The notes under the pieces are model-generated. The model made no database searches. It was given only the letters and a program-made list of their open reading frames with translations, and was not told where the DNA came from. Positions 1 through 8,412 of a stretch of DNA of 64,000 nucleotides are shown in pieces; the stretch's first letter is position 1, and every line of letters begins with the position of its first letter. The stretch is from the NCBI GenBank assembly GCA_017450165.1, contig JAFSWO010000105.1:13131-77130 (forward strand), in the 5' to 3' direction. A program made the position numbers and the translations under genes. The DNA is from Bacteroidales bacterium (GTDB lineage: Bacteria > Bacteroidota > Bacteroidia > Bacteroidales > UBA932).

Positions 1-1
1 G

Positions 2-1075
2 GCCGACACATTCGTGACGAACTAATTGTCGGAAAACGGTTGCCCGAATTGGACAGAAGGCATAAGCCGCTGTTGCCTTTCTGTATTCTATTCCACCGAC
101 AATGGCATTCTGGGTACAATTGGGAACGACGCAGACCGCCGCCCCGTCCATTATCGGCCGACCAAGTGCATCTTCGATAAACTTTTTACAGGAAACGAAA
201 TCAAAGGTCACCGCACCATTGTTCAAATCCGCCTGGCAGTAGTGAAACCTGGAATTGATTCTGTCTGTACCCAGACTAATACCGCGGACGGGGGACCAGT
301 TATAGATGATATAGACATTGAAGTACTTATATAATTTATCCATCGGATCAATGTCAAAATGCGCTTGGGCGGCTATTCGTAACCAATAGGCCGCTGTACC
401 GTCTATACTGTTTTCGTCCTTGTCAAACCCGTCGCCTATAATAATCAAGTCGTATCCTTTCCCCTCTTCCGCCTTGTGCACTACCTCCACCTGTCCATCC
501 GAGTAATACTCGCCTTTCCCATCGCGGTCGCTGTCAACGAAGATCCGGAAAGACGGATTATTCGAAGGATAGACACGAAGAGCTGTCGAAAGGGGCTCTA
601 TACGGGCTTCAGGTACGCGTAGGGTTGTCGTCTCAAAAGTGTTTCCAGAAAGATACGCCGTGAAGTTATCTGTAGCGATCTGCCGGAAGGTCTGCGGCAA
701 AGGCCCTGAAAGATAATTGTCGTCCAGCCGTAGTAGTTCCAGCTTAGGAAAGCGGTCGAAGATATCGGGAAGCGTTCCTTTAAGGCCATTCCCCCTAAGT
801 TCAATCTTCCTGACGACTCCGCCTTCATCTGCGGTGATTCCGAACCAGTCGTTGAGAGGGGCATCCGTGCACCATCCGTCATTAGATACCCATCCCGAGC
901 CCCGTGTTGCTTCATACAGATTCATCAGGGCAGACCGAACTTCTTCTTCGGTATATTCCTTCACTTCCGGGCCGCTCGGTTCCGATGGTTCATTTTCCGG
1001 CTGGCAGGAAAACAACGGCAGGAGCGCCGCAAGAAGAAAAAGGATCTTCAGGAAAGGTGTCTTAGACAGAGGCAT
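2..1075 (-). CDS. Lipoprotein with an LRR-like N-terminal segment and an M64/IgA-peptidase-like region; its 3' end is cut by the window edge
   Basis: It is absent from the ORF track because it has no stop in the window. My reverse-complement translation from the ATG at 1075 reads MPLSKTPFLKILFLLAALLPLFSCQPEN (lipobox LFSC) and stays open to position 2. It contains GNGLKGTLPDIF..LELLRLDDNYLSGPLPQTF (LRR), then YDLIIIGDGFDKDE...YFNVYIIY...VRHECVG, which resembles M64-family layout. The metal motif is cut off or atypical. Confidence 0.7.
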   Translation of the reverse strand, partial: MPLSKTPFLKILFLLAALLPLFSCQPENEPSEPSGPEVKEYTEEEVRSALMNLYEATRGSGWVSNDGWCTDAPLNDWFGITADEGGVVRKIELRGNGLKGTLPDIFDRFPKLELLRLDDNYLSGPLPQTFRQIATDNFTAYLSGNTFETTTLRVPEARIEPLSTALRVYPSNNPSFRIFVDSDRDGKGEYYSDGQVEVVHKAEEGKGYDLIIIGDGFDKDENSIDGTAAYWLRIAAQAHFDIDPMDKLYKYFNVYIIYNWSPVRGISLGTDRINSRFHYCQADLNNGAVTFDFVSCKKFIEDALGRPIMDGAAVCVVPNCTQNAIVGGIEYRKATAAYAFCPIRATVFRQLVRHECVG

Positions 1076-1079
1076 CTGA

Positions 1080-2051
1080 TTACTCTTTTATGGAACGTTT
1101 AAACTTGGAAAGGTCCACATCGATGGTGGTCACCTCACCGGCAGAACGCTCATAACGATATTCATCCAGCGTCCGGGTATAGACGGCAGCATCCGTCTCA
1201 ACTTTGATGGTCCTGATATAAGAGAAGGCTCTTCCCCGCGGGCCACCGTTACCATAGGTGCACATATACACCTTTACTCCGTCTGTTTTCTTGCGGTCGG
1301 CAAGGGTACACTGCTCTTGGAGAAGGACGGTTTCAGAGGTTCTGCCGTTAATATAATTCCAGATACGTCCTGTTTCTGCGTTGATGAACGGCTGTGCATT
1401 GATGTGGTTGCCCACGCGCTCAATGCCATTTTCATCGGCCTCTTCTTGAGTGTAACGAGTGATTGTTACAGAGCGTAAGATCTCTTCCTTGTCCATCTTG
1501 CGCGCTTTGCCATAAATATTGAAAAGCACATAAGCACAAGCGTGCCTCAACTGGACATTATCGGCAAGATAAGAGCCGTCGTCCTGCTTGACGAGCTTCA
1601 GCGGTGCGTACATAAAGAAGCGATCCAAAATTCCTGATTTTTTTTGAATCTGCCTAGGTACCAATTTGATGGTATTAGTTGGAACATTTGCACGAACGCA
1701 GGTATGACCCTCGGCATTGTAAACAAATAAAGGCTCCGGCACCCCTTTCCAGGGAGTACCCCATCCTACGTATCGAACGTCATCAATCGTAAATCTGCCC
1801 AGATCAATCTCGCCGGAAAAGACACCAGGTTCCACTTCTACAAGAGAGACCTGCTTGCCGTCAGCGGCAGACATGCTAAGTTCATTTCCAATGAGAACCT
1901 TCAAATTATTGGAAGGTGCTTCAGTAAAATCTCCGTCCAGATCGGGGAATGTTGCTCGAACGGTAAGTTTGATGACATTTTCCTGAGCGAGGAGCGAGGT
2001 AGAAAGAAGTAACGCTCCGACCAACATGAGAATCTTTTTCATAATAATCAA
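1080..2051 (-). CDS. Secreted protein with a pilin-fold (fimbrillin/Mfa-like) paralogous domain
   Basis: Signal peptide MKKILMLVGALLLSTSLLAQ. It shares GVFSGEIDLGRFTIDDVR and LFNIYGKARKMDKEEILRSVT with the products of 5398..7362 and 7369..8412. It lies 4 nt from its downstream neighbour. Confidence 0.8.
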   Translation of the reverse strand: MIIMKKILMLVGALLLSTSLLAQENVIKLTVRATFPDLDGDFTEAPSNNLKVLIGNELSMSAADGKQVSLVEVEPGVFSGEIDLGRFTIDDVRYVGWGTPWKGVPEPLFVYNAEGHTCVRANVPTNTIKLVPRQIQKKSGILDRFFMYAPLKLVKQDDGSYLADNVQLRHACAYVLFNIYGKARKMDKEEILRSVTITRYTQEEADENGIERVGNHINAQPFINAETGRIWNYINGRTSETVLLQEQCTLADRKKTDGVKVYMCTYGNGGPRGRAFSYIRTIKVETDAAVYTRTLDEYRYERSAGEVTTIDVDLSKFKRSIKE

Positions 2052-2054
2052 TGG

Positions 2055-5000
2055 TTATTTTCGATTGTCGAGAGGGTATAGATATCCACATCCGAAACTC
2101 GCCAAGGGCTCTTTCGGAGAGAAGAAAAGATCAAGGATAGCATCGTAATAATTAATCCTGTTTGCTGTATTGGTAAATAAGCAGAAGGTTTTGCTGCTTT
2201 CAGGAAGAACAACCACTGTCGAACGCCAAGCTCCGTTCCGGCCAGTATGGACCAGCATTGTGCCGAATTCTGTGTTTTCCTCCACTATCCAGCCGAGTCC
2301 CCGCCAAAGGCTCATTCTCTCGCGGCGGTATTCGGACGCCGGGATGTGGGTATTATGCCCATAAGCGAGCGCAAGCGTTTCGGGCTTTAAATCCGCACCA
2401 GCAGCAGCCCATCTCAGGAATTTAGTGAAATCAGATGCTGTCGTAAGCAAGGTAAGACCGGTGTTGAGTTCGCCCTTCACGCTCCAAGCGGGACGAGGTG
2501 AAGATTTTGTGTTTCCCGTATAAGCAGGAACGGCCGTATTGGCAAACTGTTTCTTCCAGAGATACGACGTGTTTTTCATGCCCAGCGGTCCAAAAATCGC
2601 TTTTCGGCAAAGCTCCTCGGCCGTTTTTCCTGTCAGGTATTCCACGGTCCATTGCAACACTTTGTAATTATTGCGGCTTTCCGCATAAATAGTTCCGGGG
2701 ATATAGATATTTCGGATCTTCAACTCATCATCTCCCGCCGAGATTGCAGAAGTATGGGCAAGGCATTGTCTAACGGTAACCTCTTTTGCCTTGCTGCGAG
2801 AAGATTCCGCAAAACGGTTGACAAGGCCCGGATAATATTTGCAGAGCGGAGTATCCAAATCCAATTTCCCGTCCTCCACCATCTTCAAGACTACATAAAC
2901 AAAGGGCAGAGCGCCTGCCTCACAAGCCTGGAAAACGCACTCGTTTCCATAGGGTTGAATCCAGGCTTTACGCGTCGCGTTCGTCCGGAACCACTCATCG
3001 TTTGAAAGGGTCATATTCACCTCTCCGAGATTGTCGCTGTATGCAACCTGAAGGGCGGCAAGGTCAGCACGATCCTTCCCCATGATTGAGAGAAGACTGT
3101 TTCGGATTTGATCGATATCGCGCTCGAAGGGACGAACGGTCCATCCTGCAGCCACGGGATTAGCGGGAATGACTTCATCAAATGAGGAACACTTGCCCGC
3201 TTCGAAAAGAGTTCCCGAAACAAGCACCTCATGAGAGAGAACCTCAATTTGGTTGCCATTGGCGAGATAATAATCAAGATGTATCTTTCCGGTTTTAAGC
3301 ATAACAGGGTAGACGGTCATTGGGAAGGAGAAGGTTTTTCGACCAAGAGGTCCGGCACCCGCCACCTCAAGTGTAACCGCATTTCCTTGAGCCGTATCGT
3401 CAACCAGCATTATATCATTCCGTTTTCTGTGATAACGAGCTGTACCGACAATGGGTTGCGATGTGCTAAGAACAATACGTTTGAGTTCCCATTTCGCATA
3501 TTTGCTGCCACTTTCAGCAGAAATCGCAACCTGAGCGGACGCGAGCCTTGGATCAGGAGGACAAACAGCTCCGGGGCGAACAATCTGGGTGGGACTGATG
3601 CGTACAGAATCAATAATCAAATCCCTTTCAGTATCCTCAGCCACCCGGTCATCGTCATCCGTTACATATTTCCATCCGGGAACCGGCATGCCGGCGACCC
3701 AACCCAATGCCCGGACCGGTTCTGTATTGTGAAGGAATACATTGATGGCGGGATTATAGTTGTCATACGGATGGCGACAATTGACGAAAAGCGTCATGGT
3801 AGCATTCATATCCAGGAAGGTCATGGCAATCGAGCGAAAATCTCCATTGTGTCCAGTGTGGTATATAATCGTACCCAGTTCTTCATTTTCCTCCACTACG
3901 ACTACCTGCGCATGATGAACGGTCCCTTTTTCCATGGTAATGTCCTTTGCGATGTGTGCGCCATCGTCAATCATCCGGTTGAAGGAGTCCTCCGTCAGGT
4001 CTGCTCCAATGAGATACCAGCTCCAGAAACGGTTGAATTCTGTGGAGTTGGTGCGAAAATGGAAGGAACAATTGTTGTTGAATCCCTCCTTTTCCCACCA
4101 GAAATCAGGATCTGCCAGACCTTGATCGTTATGCTCCCACTTCTCGGGTCTAATCATCGGGGTCGTTCCCGTCCATCCGTAAACGGCCAGGGAGTCGTAT
4201 TGAGGCTGCCAGGTATAACGGCTGTTGGGCATGTTGCGCTTAGAATAGATGTATTCTTCCGCCACCTCATCAAGCGGTTTCCCCATCAAGTGCTCAATGG
4301 TCCATTGGAGTGCCACCGTATTGGAATTGCGATAGTTATAATGGAATCCTGGATAATAATCCAGCGGAGTGTTCCGATAGCCCGCTCCACAACCTGATGT
4401 GTGGGTAAGAGCCATCCGCCCCGTAATGAGTTTTACACGCTCTCGATACTCCGGACGAAATCGGTCAAGAAGCTTTGGATAATACTTGTAAAGCGGCGTA
4501 TCAAGATCGACTACTCCGTCGTTAGCCAGTTTTGTATATAAGTAGCCACACGGGACTTTACTGATGGAGCAAGCCTGGTAAATGGAAAGCATATCAATCG
4601 GACGCGTGAGGAATTTCTTCCGAACTGGTTTAGATTCATAAAAATCCTGATTGAATGCAACAAAACCTACACTATCGATGTGCGAAGTGAAGGTTACCTG
4701 ACAAGAAGCAATATCACACTTCTTGACCATTTCCATAAAAATCTTCTTGTATGAATCCGTCGGATCCTCTCTCTCCCGAATGGACCATCCGCTTTCTGCT
4801 GAATCAATCTTTTCAAGAAATACAGAGACATCCCCTGCAGTAAACACCGTTTCCGTTATAGGAATACTATGTGTTAACACTACGCTTTTCGAACGATCCG
4901 GACTCCGGAGAATATAATCAATAACTAGAGCCCCCGAATGGAGACGGGCCGGATATACCGACATATAATATCTGGCCGGGACAGACGACAGTATCGCTTC

Positions 5001-5393
5001 GCCCATTACGTCCAGTTTGATTCTTGATTTTCGGGCCGTATTGTCTATCAGTTTGATATCATGGTATGTTTCATCAAAGAGAACATCTCCGGCAATATTG
5101 CGGGAAGCCGCCATTTCGATACGAAGCAAAGTCCATCCGCTAAAAGGGCTTCCTTCTGAAACCGAAATCTCAAAAGCAGCCAAAGAGAGCCTTTTATCGA
5201 ATTCAACCGTGGTCTTCGGAGGCATCGCGACTACGGGATAATGACCTTTTTTCACCAAGTGCGCAGTCTGGTTGGGCCCCGCTTGAATCTGGAAAGGGGA
5301 CACTCTTCCTTTCTCTGTTTCAAACGCAGTTGCCGTTTGGACGATTGTCAGAATCAGAGCCAGCGTGAATAGAAGATTTCTTGACATATTCAT
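2055..5393 (-). CDS. Secreted tandem beta-lactamase-fold (serine hydrolase / family VIII esterase / DD-peptidase-like) protein, built as 2 x [beta-sandwich + beta-lactamase-fold]
   Basis: Internal duplication is visible in the translation. Module 1 has ACSISKVPCGYLY...DLDTPLYKYYP and IIYHTGHNGDFRS. Module 2 has ACEAGALPFVYVV...DLDTPLCKYYP and MLVHTGRNGAWRS. The SxxK motif (SISK, nt 4557..4568) is present only in module 1. Confidence 0.85.
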   Translation of the reverse strand: MNMSRNLLFTLALILTIVQTATAFETEKGRVSPFQIQAGPNQTAHLVKKGHYPVVAMPPKTTVEFDKRLSLAAFEISVSEGSPFSGWTLLRIEMAASRNIAGDVLFDETYHDIKLIDNTARKSRIKLDVMGEAILSSVPARYYMSVYPARLHSGALVIDYILRSPDRSKSVVLTHSIPITETVFTAGDVSVFLEKIDSAESGWSIREREDPTDSYKKIFMEMVKKCDIASCQVTFTSHIDSVGFVAFNQDFYESKPVRKKFLTRPIDMLSIYQACSISKVPCGYLYTKLANDGVVDLDTPLYKYYPKLLDRFRPEYRERVKLITGRMALTHTSGCGAGYRNTPLDYYPGFHYNYRNSNTVALQWTIEHLMGKPLDEVAEEYIYSKRNMPNSRYTWQPQYDSLAVYGWTGTTPMIRPEKWEHNDQGLADPDFWWEKEGFNNNCSFHFRTNSTEFNRFWSWYLIGADLTEDSFNRMIDDGAHIAKDITMEKGTVHHAQVVVVEENEELGTIIYHTGHNGDFRSIAMTFLDMNATMTLFVNCRHPYDNYNPAINVFLHNTEPVRALGWVAGMPVPGWKYVTDDDDRVAEDTERDLIIDSVRISPTQIVRPGAVCPPDPRLASAQVAISAESGSKYAKWELKRIVLSTSQPIVGTARYHRKRNDIMLVDDTAQGNAVTLEVAGAGPLGRKTFSFPMTVYPVMLKTGKIHLDYYLANGNQIEVLSHEVLVSGTLFEAGKCSSFDEVIPANPVAAGWTVRPFERDIDQIRNSLLSIMGKDRADLAALQVAYSDNLGEVNMTLSNDEWFRTNATRKAWIQPYGNECVFQACEAGALPFVYVVLKMVEDGKLDLDTPLCKYYPGLVNRFAESSRSKAKEVTVRQCLAHTSAISAGDDELKIRNIYIPGTIYAESRNNYKVLQWTVEYLTGKTAEELCRKAIFGPLGMKNTSYLWKKQFANTAVPAYTGNTKSSPRPAWSVKGELNTGLTLLTTASDFTKFLRWAAAGADLKPETLALAYGHNTHIPASEYRRERMSLWRGLGWIVEENTEFGTMLVHTGRNGAWRSTVVVLPESSKTFCLFTNTANRINYYDAILDLFFSPKEPLASFGCGYLYPLDNRK

Positions 5394-5397
5394 TGTT

Positions 5398-7362
5398 TTA
5401 ATTAAAGGTAACAGGAGTAAGTTGATATCCTAATTGATCCTGAACCACAGTTTTCCAAATACCCGTATTGTAAAGTGTTTCCGATCCTGCCGGAACACGA
5501 AGTTTCTTTTGAGAAGCAGGTATGTTATATCCCGTGGATCGGGATGCATTATTACCATTCACATCATAATAACGGAAGGTTGTTGCCAGGATGCTAGGTG
5601 CTACCGTTTGTGATCGGCATTCAATCTCTCGCAGGTAACGACAGCAGCCGAAAACGTTTCCTGCAAGGCCGGAAGCCCCGTCTTCAATAATGACTTTGTC
5701 GACATTGGCATTCGTCCAGAAGGTCAATGATGTTGACGAAGAGTGAGGTCCAAGCACTACGGTCAGGTTACCTGTATGCTCATATGGCGTAACGTAACTG
5801 CTTGTCTGCCATGAAAACGCTATTCCGCAGGAAGATGCGTCCAAATAGAGATATCGAAGCGCATACAACCTATAAAAAGAGTAGTTCTCACAGATAACTT
5901 GTTCTCCTACAAATACCGAGTCAATGCTCTTATCCGGCTCCAGCGATTCGTTGAGAAACGCATGAGCGGCGACTGTCGTTCCCGGAGCGGCATTTCTCAA
6001 ATCCACTTTCGTCAACGGTACATTCCCGAAAGCATTCGAACCAATTGAGCGTATTTTTGAAAAATCCACATTAAGAAGGTACGAACAGTTGTAAAACGCT
6101 TTGTTCCCGAGAACGGCTCCTTCGGGAAGAGGAACCTCACTAAGCCCAGTACAATTCATAAAACAGCCTTCGTCCAGGGTCGTTACATTCTGCGGCAAGA
6201 GAATGGATGCAAGCATTTTACATTGTGTTTCTCCGTCACTGCCGAATACGCTGGGGAAAATGGCGGAAACGTACTTGGCCTGTGAAAGGTCAAGATTAAC
6301 TGGAAGCGCCTGTCCATCGATTGCTGTACGAATCGTTTGCAAATCGCTTTCCTGGAGATTTCCACGCACCGAGAGAGAGCGGAAAGTGACGGGCAAACTG
6401 GTCGTCCAGGTGAGGCCTCCGTCGACGGAGAACTCGGCATGAATGGCCTTATTGCCGAAACCAGCCAAATCAATGGCAGCCTGTATCACTTCTCCCGCCC
6501 GGGGCGAAATAGTTTCATTGAATCGGGCGCTGTAGTCCGCCTTGTCAGTGGATACACAAATACTATCTATCGTTACGTTCTCACTGGCATTTCCATATGG
6601 AAGCAATGCAACAAAGGCTTTGACGCCGTTGCTTCGATCTTTTCCCGTCACCTGAGATGCCTCTTCCAGCAGTATCTTGACCGTAGAGGATGGCGTACCC
6701 GCTACGGACCAGGCGCCATTGCGGCCGATCCGGATCGTTCCGGAAAGTCCTTTGTTTCCAGCGGCATGAAGCGTGAGGCTCTTCAGTTTCTCGCCATCCT
6801 CCATCTCGGCGGCTTTGCCATAAACATTGAAACGAATGATAGCCGCGGACGAGTTCAGGATCATGGAGTGCAGCGTGTACGTATTGTCCCCTGTAATAAA
6901 GCTATCCTCATTCACAAATGCATAAAAAGGCACGAAATCCCCATTGAAGACGCCATCACTTTGCTGAACCTGGGATTCAGCGATAGAAAGCACAATCTCG
7001 TCCTTTGGCCCGTCATACCATGCGCTGTTTTGGGCGGGGACGACAGCTGCCCGTAGATCAGCTACAGTAAAAGGCGAGAGATCGGCAGAACCGGTGAAAA
7101 TTCCGGAGGAAGAACTGGGAAGCGATATCTGTTTTCCTTCAGCTGATGATGAAGATCCGCTGTTTGCCAACAGAACGGAGAGGACTTCATCTCCCTCCCA
7201 TATTGCCTGACCTTCACTCATACCGATGCGAGTTTGCGTATCCTGAAAACCCGGTTCCGCACCGATGAGGAATGTCACGCGCGAATGGGTTTCTGGCTTC
7301 TCCAAAGAGCACGAGAAGAAAAACGGGGCGCAGATTGCAAGAATATACAGAATTTTTTTCAT
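5398..7362 (-). CDS. Lipoprotein with a pilin-fold N-terminal domain and a BspA-type leucine-rich repeat C-terminal domain
   Basis: Lipobox FFFSCS. The N-terminal half carries the paralog motifs GIFTGSADLSPFTVADLR and RFNVYGKAAEMEDGEKLKSLT. The C-terminal half has CFMNCTGLSEVPLPEG..NKAFYNCSYLLNVDFSKIRSIGSNAFGN repeats. Confidence 0.85.
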   Translation of the reverse strand: MKKILYILAICAPFFFSCSLEKPETHSRVTFLIGAEPGFQDTQTRIGMSEGQAIWEGDEVLSVLLANSGSSSSAEGKQISLPSSSSGIFTGSADLSPFTVADLRAAVVPAQNSAWYDGPKDEIVLSIAESQVQQSDGVFNGDFVPFYAFVNEDSFITGDNTYTLHSMILNSSAAIIRFNVYGKAAEMEDGEKLKSLTLHAAGNKGLSGTIRIGRNGAWSVAGTPSSTVKILLEEASQVTGKDRSNGVKAFVALLPYGNASENVTIDSICVSTDKADYSARFNETISPRAGEVIQAAIDLAGFGNKAIHAEFSVDGGLTWTTSLPVTFRSLSVRGNLQESDLQTIRTAIDGQALPVNLDLSQAKYVSAIFPSVFGSDGETQCKMLASILLPQNVTTLDEGCFMNCTGLSEVPLPEGAVLGNKAFYNCSYLLNVDFSKIRSIGSNAFGNVPLTKVDLRNAAPGTTVAAHAFLNESLEPDKSIDSVFVGEQVICENYSFYRLYALRYLYLDASSCGIAFSWQTSSYVTPYEHTGNLTVVLGPHSSSTSLTFWTNANVDKVIIEDGASGLAGNVFGCCRYLREIECRSQTVAPSILATTFRYYDVNGNNASRSTGYNIPASQKKLRVPAGSETLYNTGIWKTVVQDQLGYQLTPVTFN

Positions 7363-7368
7363 GGCTAG

Positions 7369-8412
7369 TTATTCAACGGGTACCCAAACAGATTCATTGA
7401 TCCAGCTGAGTTGTCCCAGCGTATTTGCGTTGGGGAAAGCGGCCGTCAGGTCTATCCCTATTTTCGTTACCGTTCCCACCGTCACGGGAAGATTTGCATA
7501 GACCGGCATCCGATAGGTCTTGCGATCGGTCTTAATCTCGAAATAAGAATCGCCGCCGATCTTGTATCCCTTAGCAGCAACGGCCATATAGATTTTGAGG
7601 CCGTTTGCTTGGCTTCTGCCGGCCAGAACAGCCGGCTCCTCGAGATTGACCGTAATCAGGCCCGAGTTTGTCTGGGCGTAGAGGAAAGAGTCGCTCTCAA
7701 TCAGATAGTAGACGTAGTCCCCGATGGTTCTGTTGGAATTGCTACTTCCCTCCCAAGTACCTTGTTTATCCACGTAAAAGGTAATAGAACGCAACTTTTC
7801 ATCTGCAGTCATGCCGGCTCCCGTTCCGAAGAGATTGAACCGCAACAGGCCGCAAGCCCATCGAAAGGTCTTTCCGTCCACGAAATAAGTACCCTCGTCT
7901 TCTCCGACATCTCCCGCTCCAAAAGCACATATCAACGATATGTTGTTTCCGTTAAGGACTCCTTCCTGCCATTGCGTCTGGATTCTATCACCGTTGGATT
8001 CCAACGAACCGCCCACGGAAAGACGGACTCGATGGTCATTGGTGCTCTTGTAATAATGACAGCTTGAATTGTACGGAAAAACGGCACCGCGAATATCGTT
8101 GACCGTAAACTTTCCAAAATCAACCGTCCCCTCAAAAATACCATTCCCGTACGAATTCAGCGGTACGGTCGCATGCGTATCCGAAGTAATCGTACTAGAG
8201 CTTTGATCGTTTCCAAGCAACAGACCTATGGTCTCGAACGACCCCCAGGTGAGTTGATCATCAGAACCGAAGGTGACACGAGTATCCGCCAGAGAACCGG
8301 TAAGGCGGAAGTTGTAGATATGATGAAGGTCTGTTTCAAGACCGGGGTCCCTGCCGCACCCCGAAGCAACGACAAGCAACAGAAATGAAACAATTGGAAC
8401 AAATTTTCTCAT
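7369..8412 (-). CDS. Lipoprotein with a pilin-fold paralogous domain
   Basis: Lipobox VASGCG. Motifs GIFEGTVDFGKFTVNDIR and RFNLFGTGAGMTADEKLRSIT are present. It overlaps the upstream gene by 4 nt. Confidence 0.8.
   Translation of the reverse strand: MRKFVPIVSFLLLVVASGCGRDPGLETDLHHIYNFRLTGSLADTRVTFGSDDQLTWGSFETIGLLLGNDQSSSTITSDTHATVPLNSYGNGIFEGTVDFGKFTVNDIRGAVFPYNSSCHYYKSTNDHRVRLSVGGSLESNGDRIQTQWQEGVLNGNNISLICAFGAGDVGEDEGTYFVDGKTFRWACGLLRFNLFGTGAGMTADEKLRSITFYVDKQGTWEGSSNSNRTIGDYVYYLIESDSFLYAQTNSGLITVNLEEPAVLAGRSQANGLKIYMAVAAKGYKIGGDSYFEIKTDRKTYRMPVYANLPVTVGTVTKIGIDLTAAFPNANTLGQLSWINESVWVPVE

Noticed and set aside
1-40. A zinc-metallopeptidase HEXXH motif at the truncated end of the M64-like lipoprotein (..VRHECVG).
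   Set aside because: The fifth position is Gly, not His, and the sequence is cut by the window edge. I therefore do not claim catalytic competence, only M64-like layout.
26-1079. Track ORFs 26..334 (+), 598..915 (-) and 717..1079 (+) at the left edge.
   Set aside because: A single minus-strand frame from the ATG at 1075 stays open to the window edge. It encodes a coherent lipoprotein (lipobox, LRR, M64-like region). The three listed ORFs are out-of-frame or opposite-strand fragments of it.
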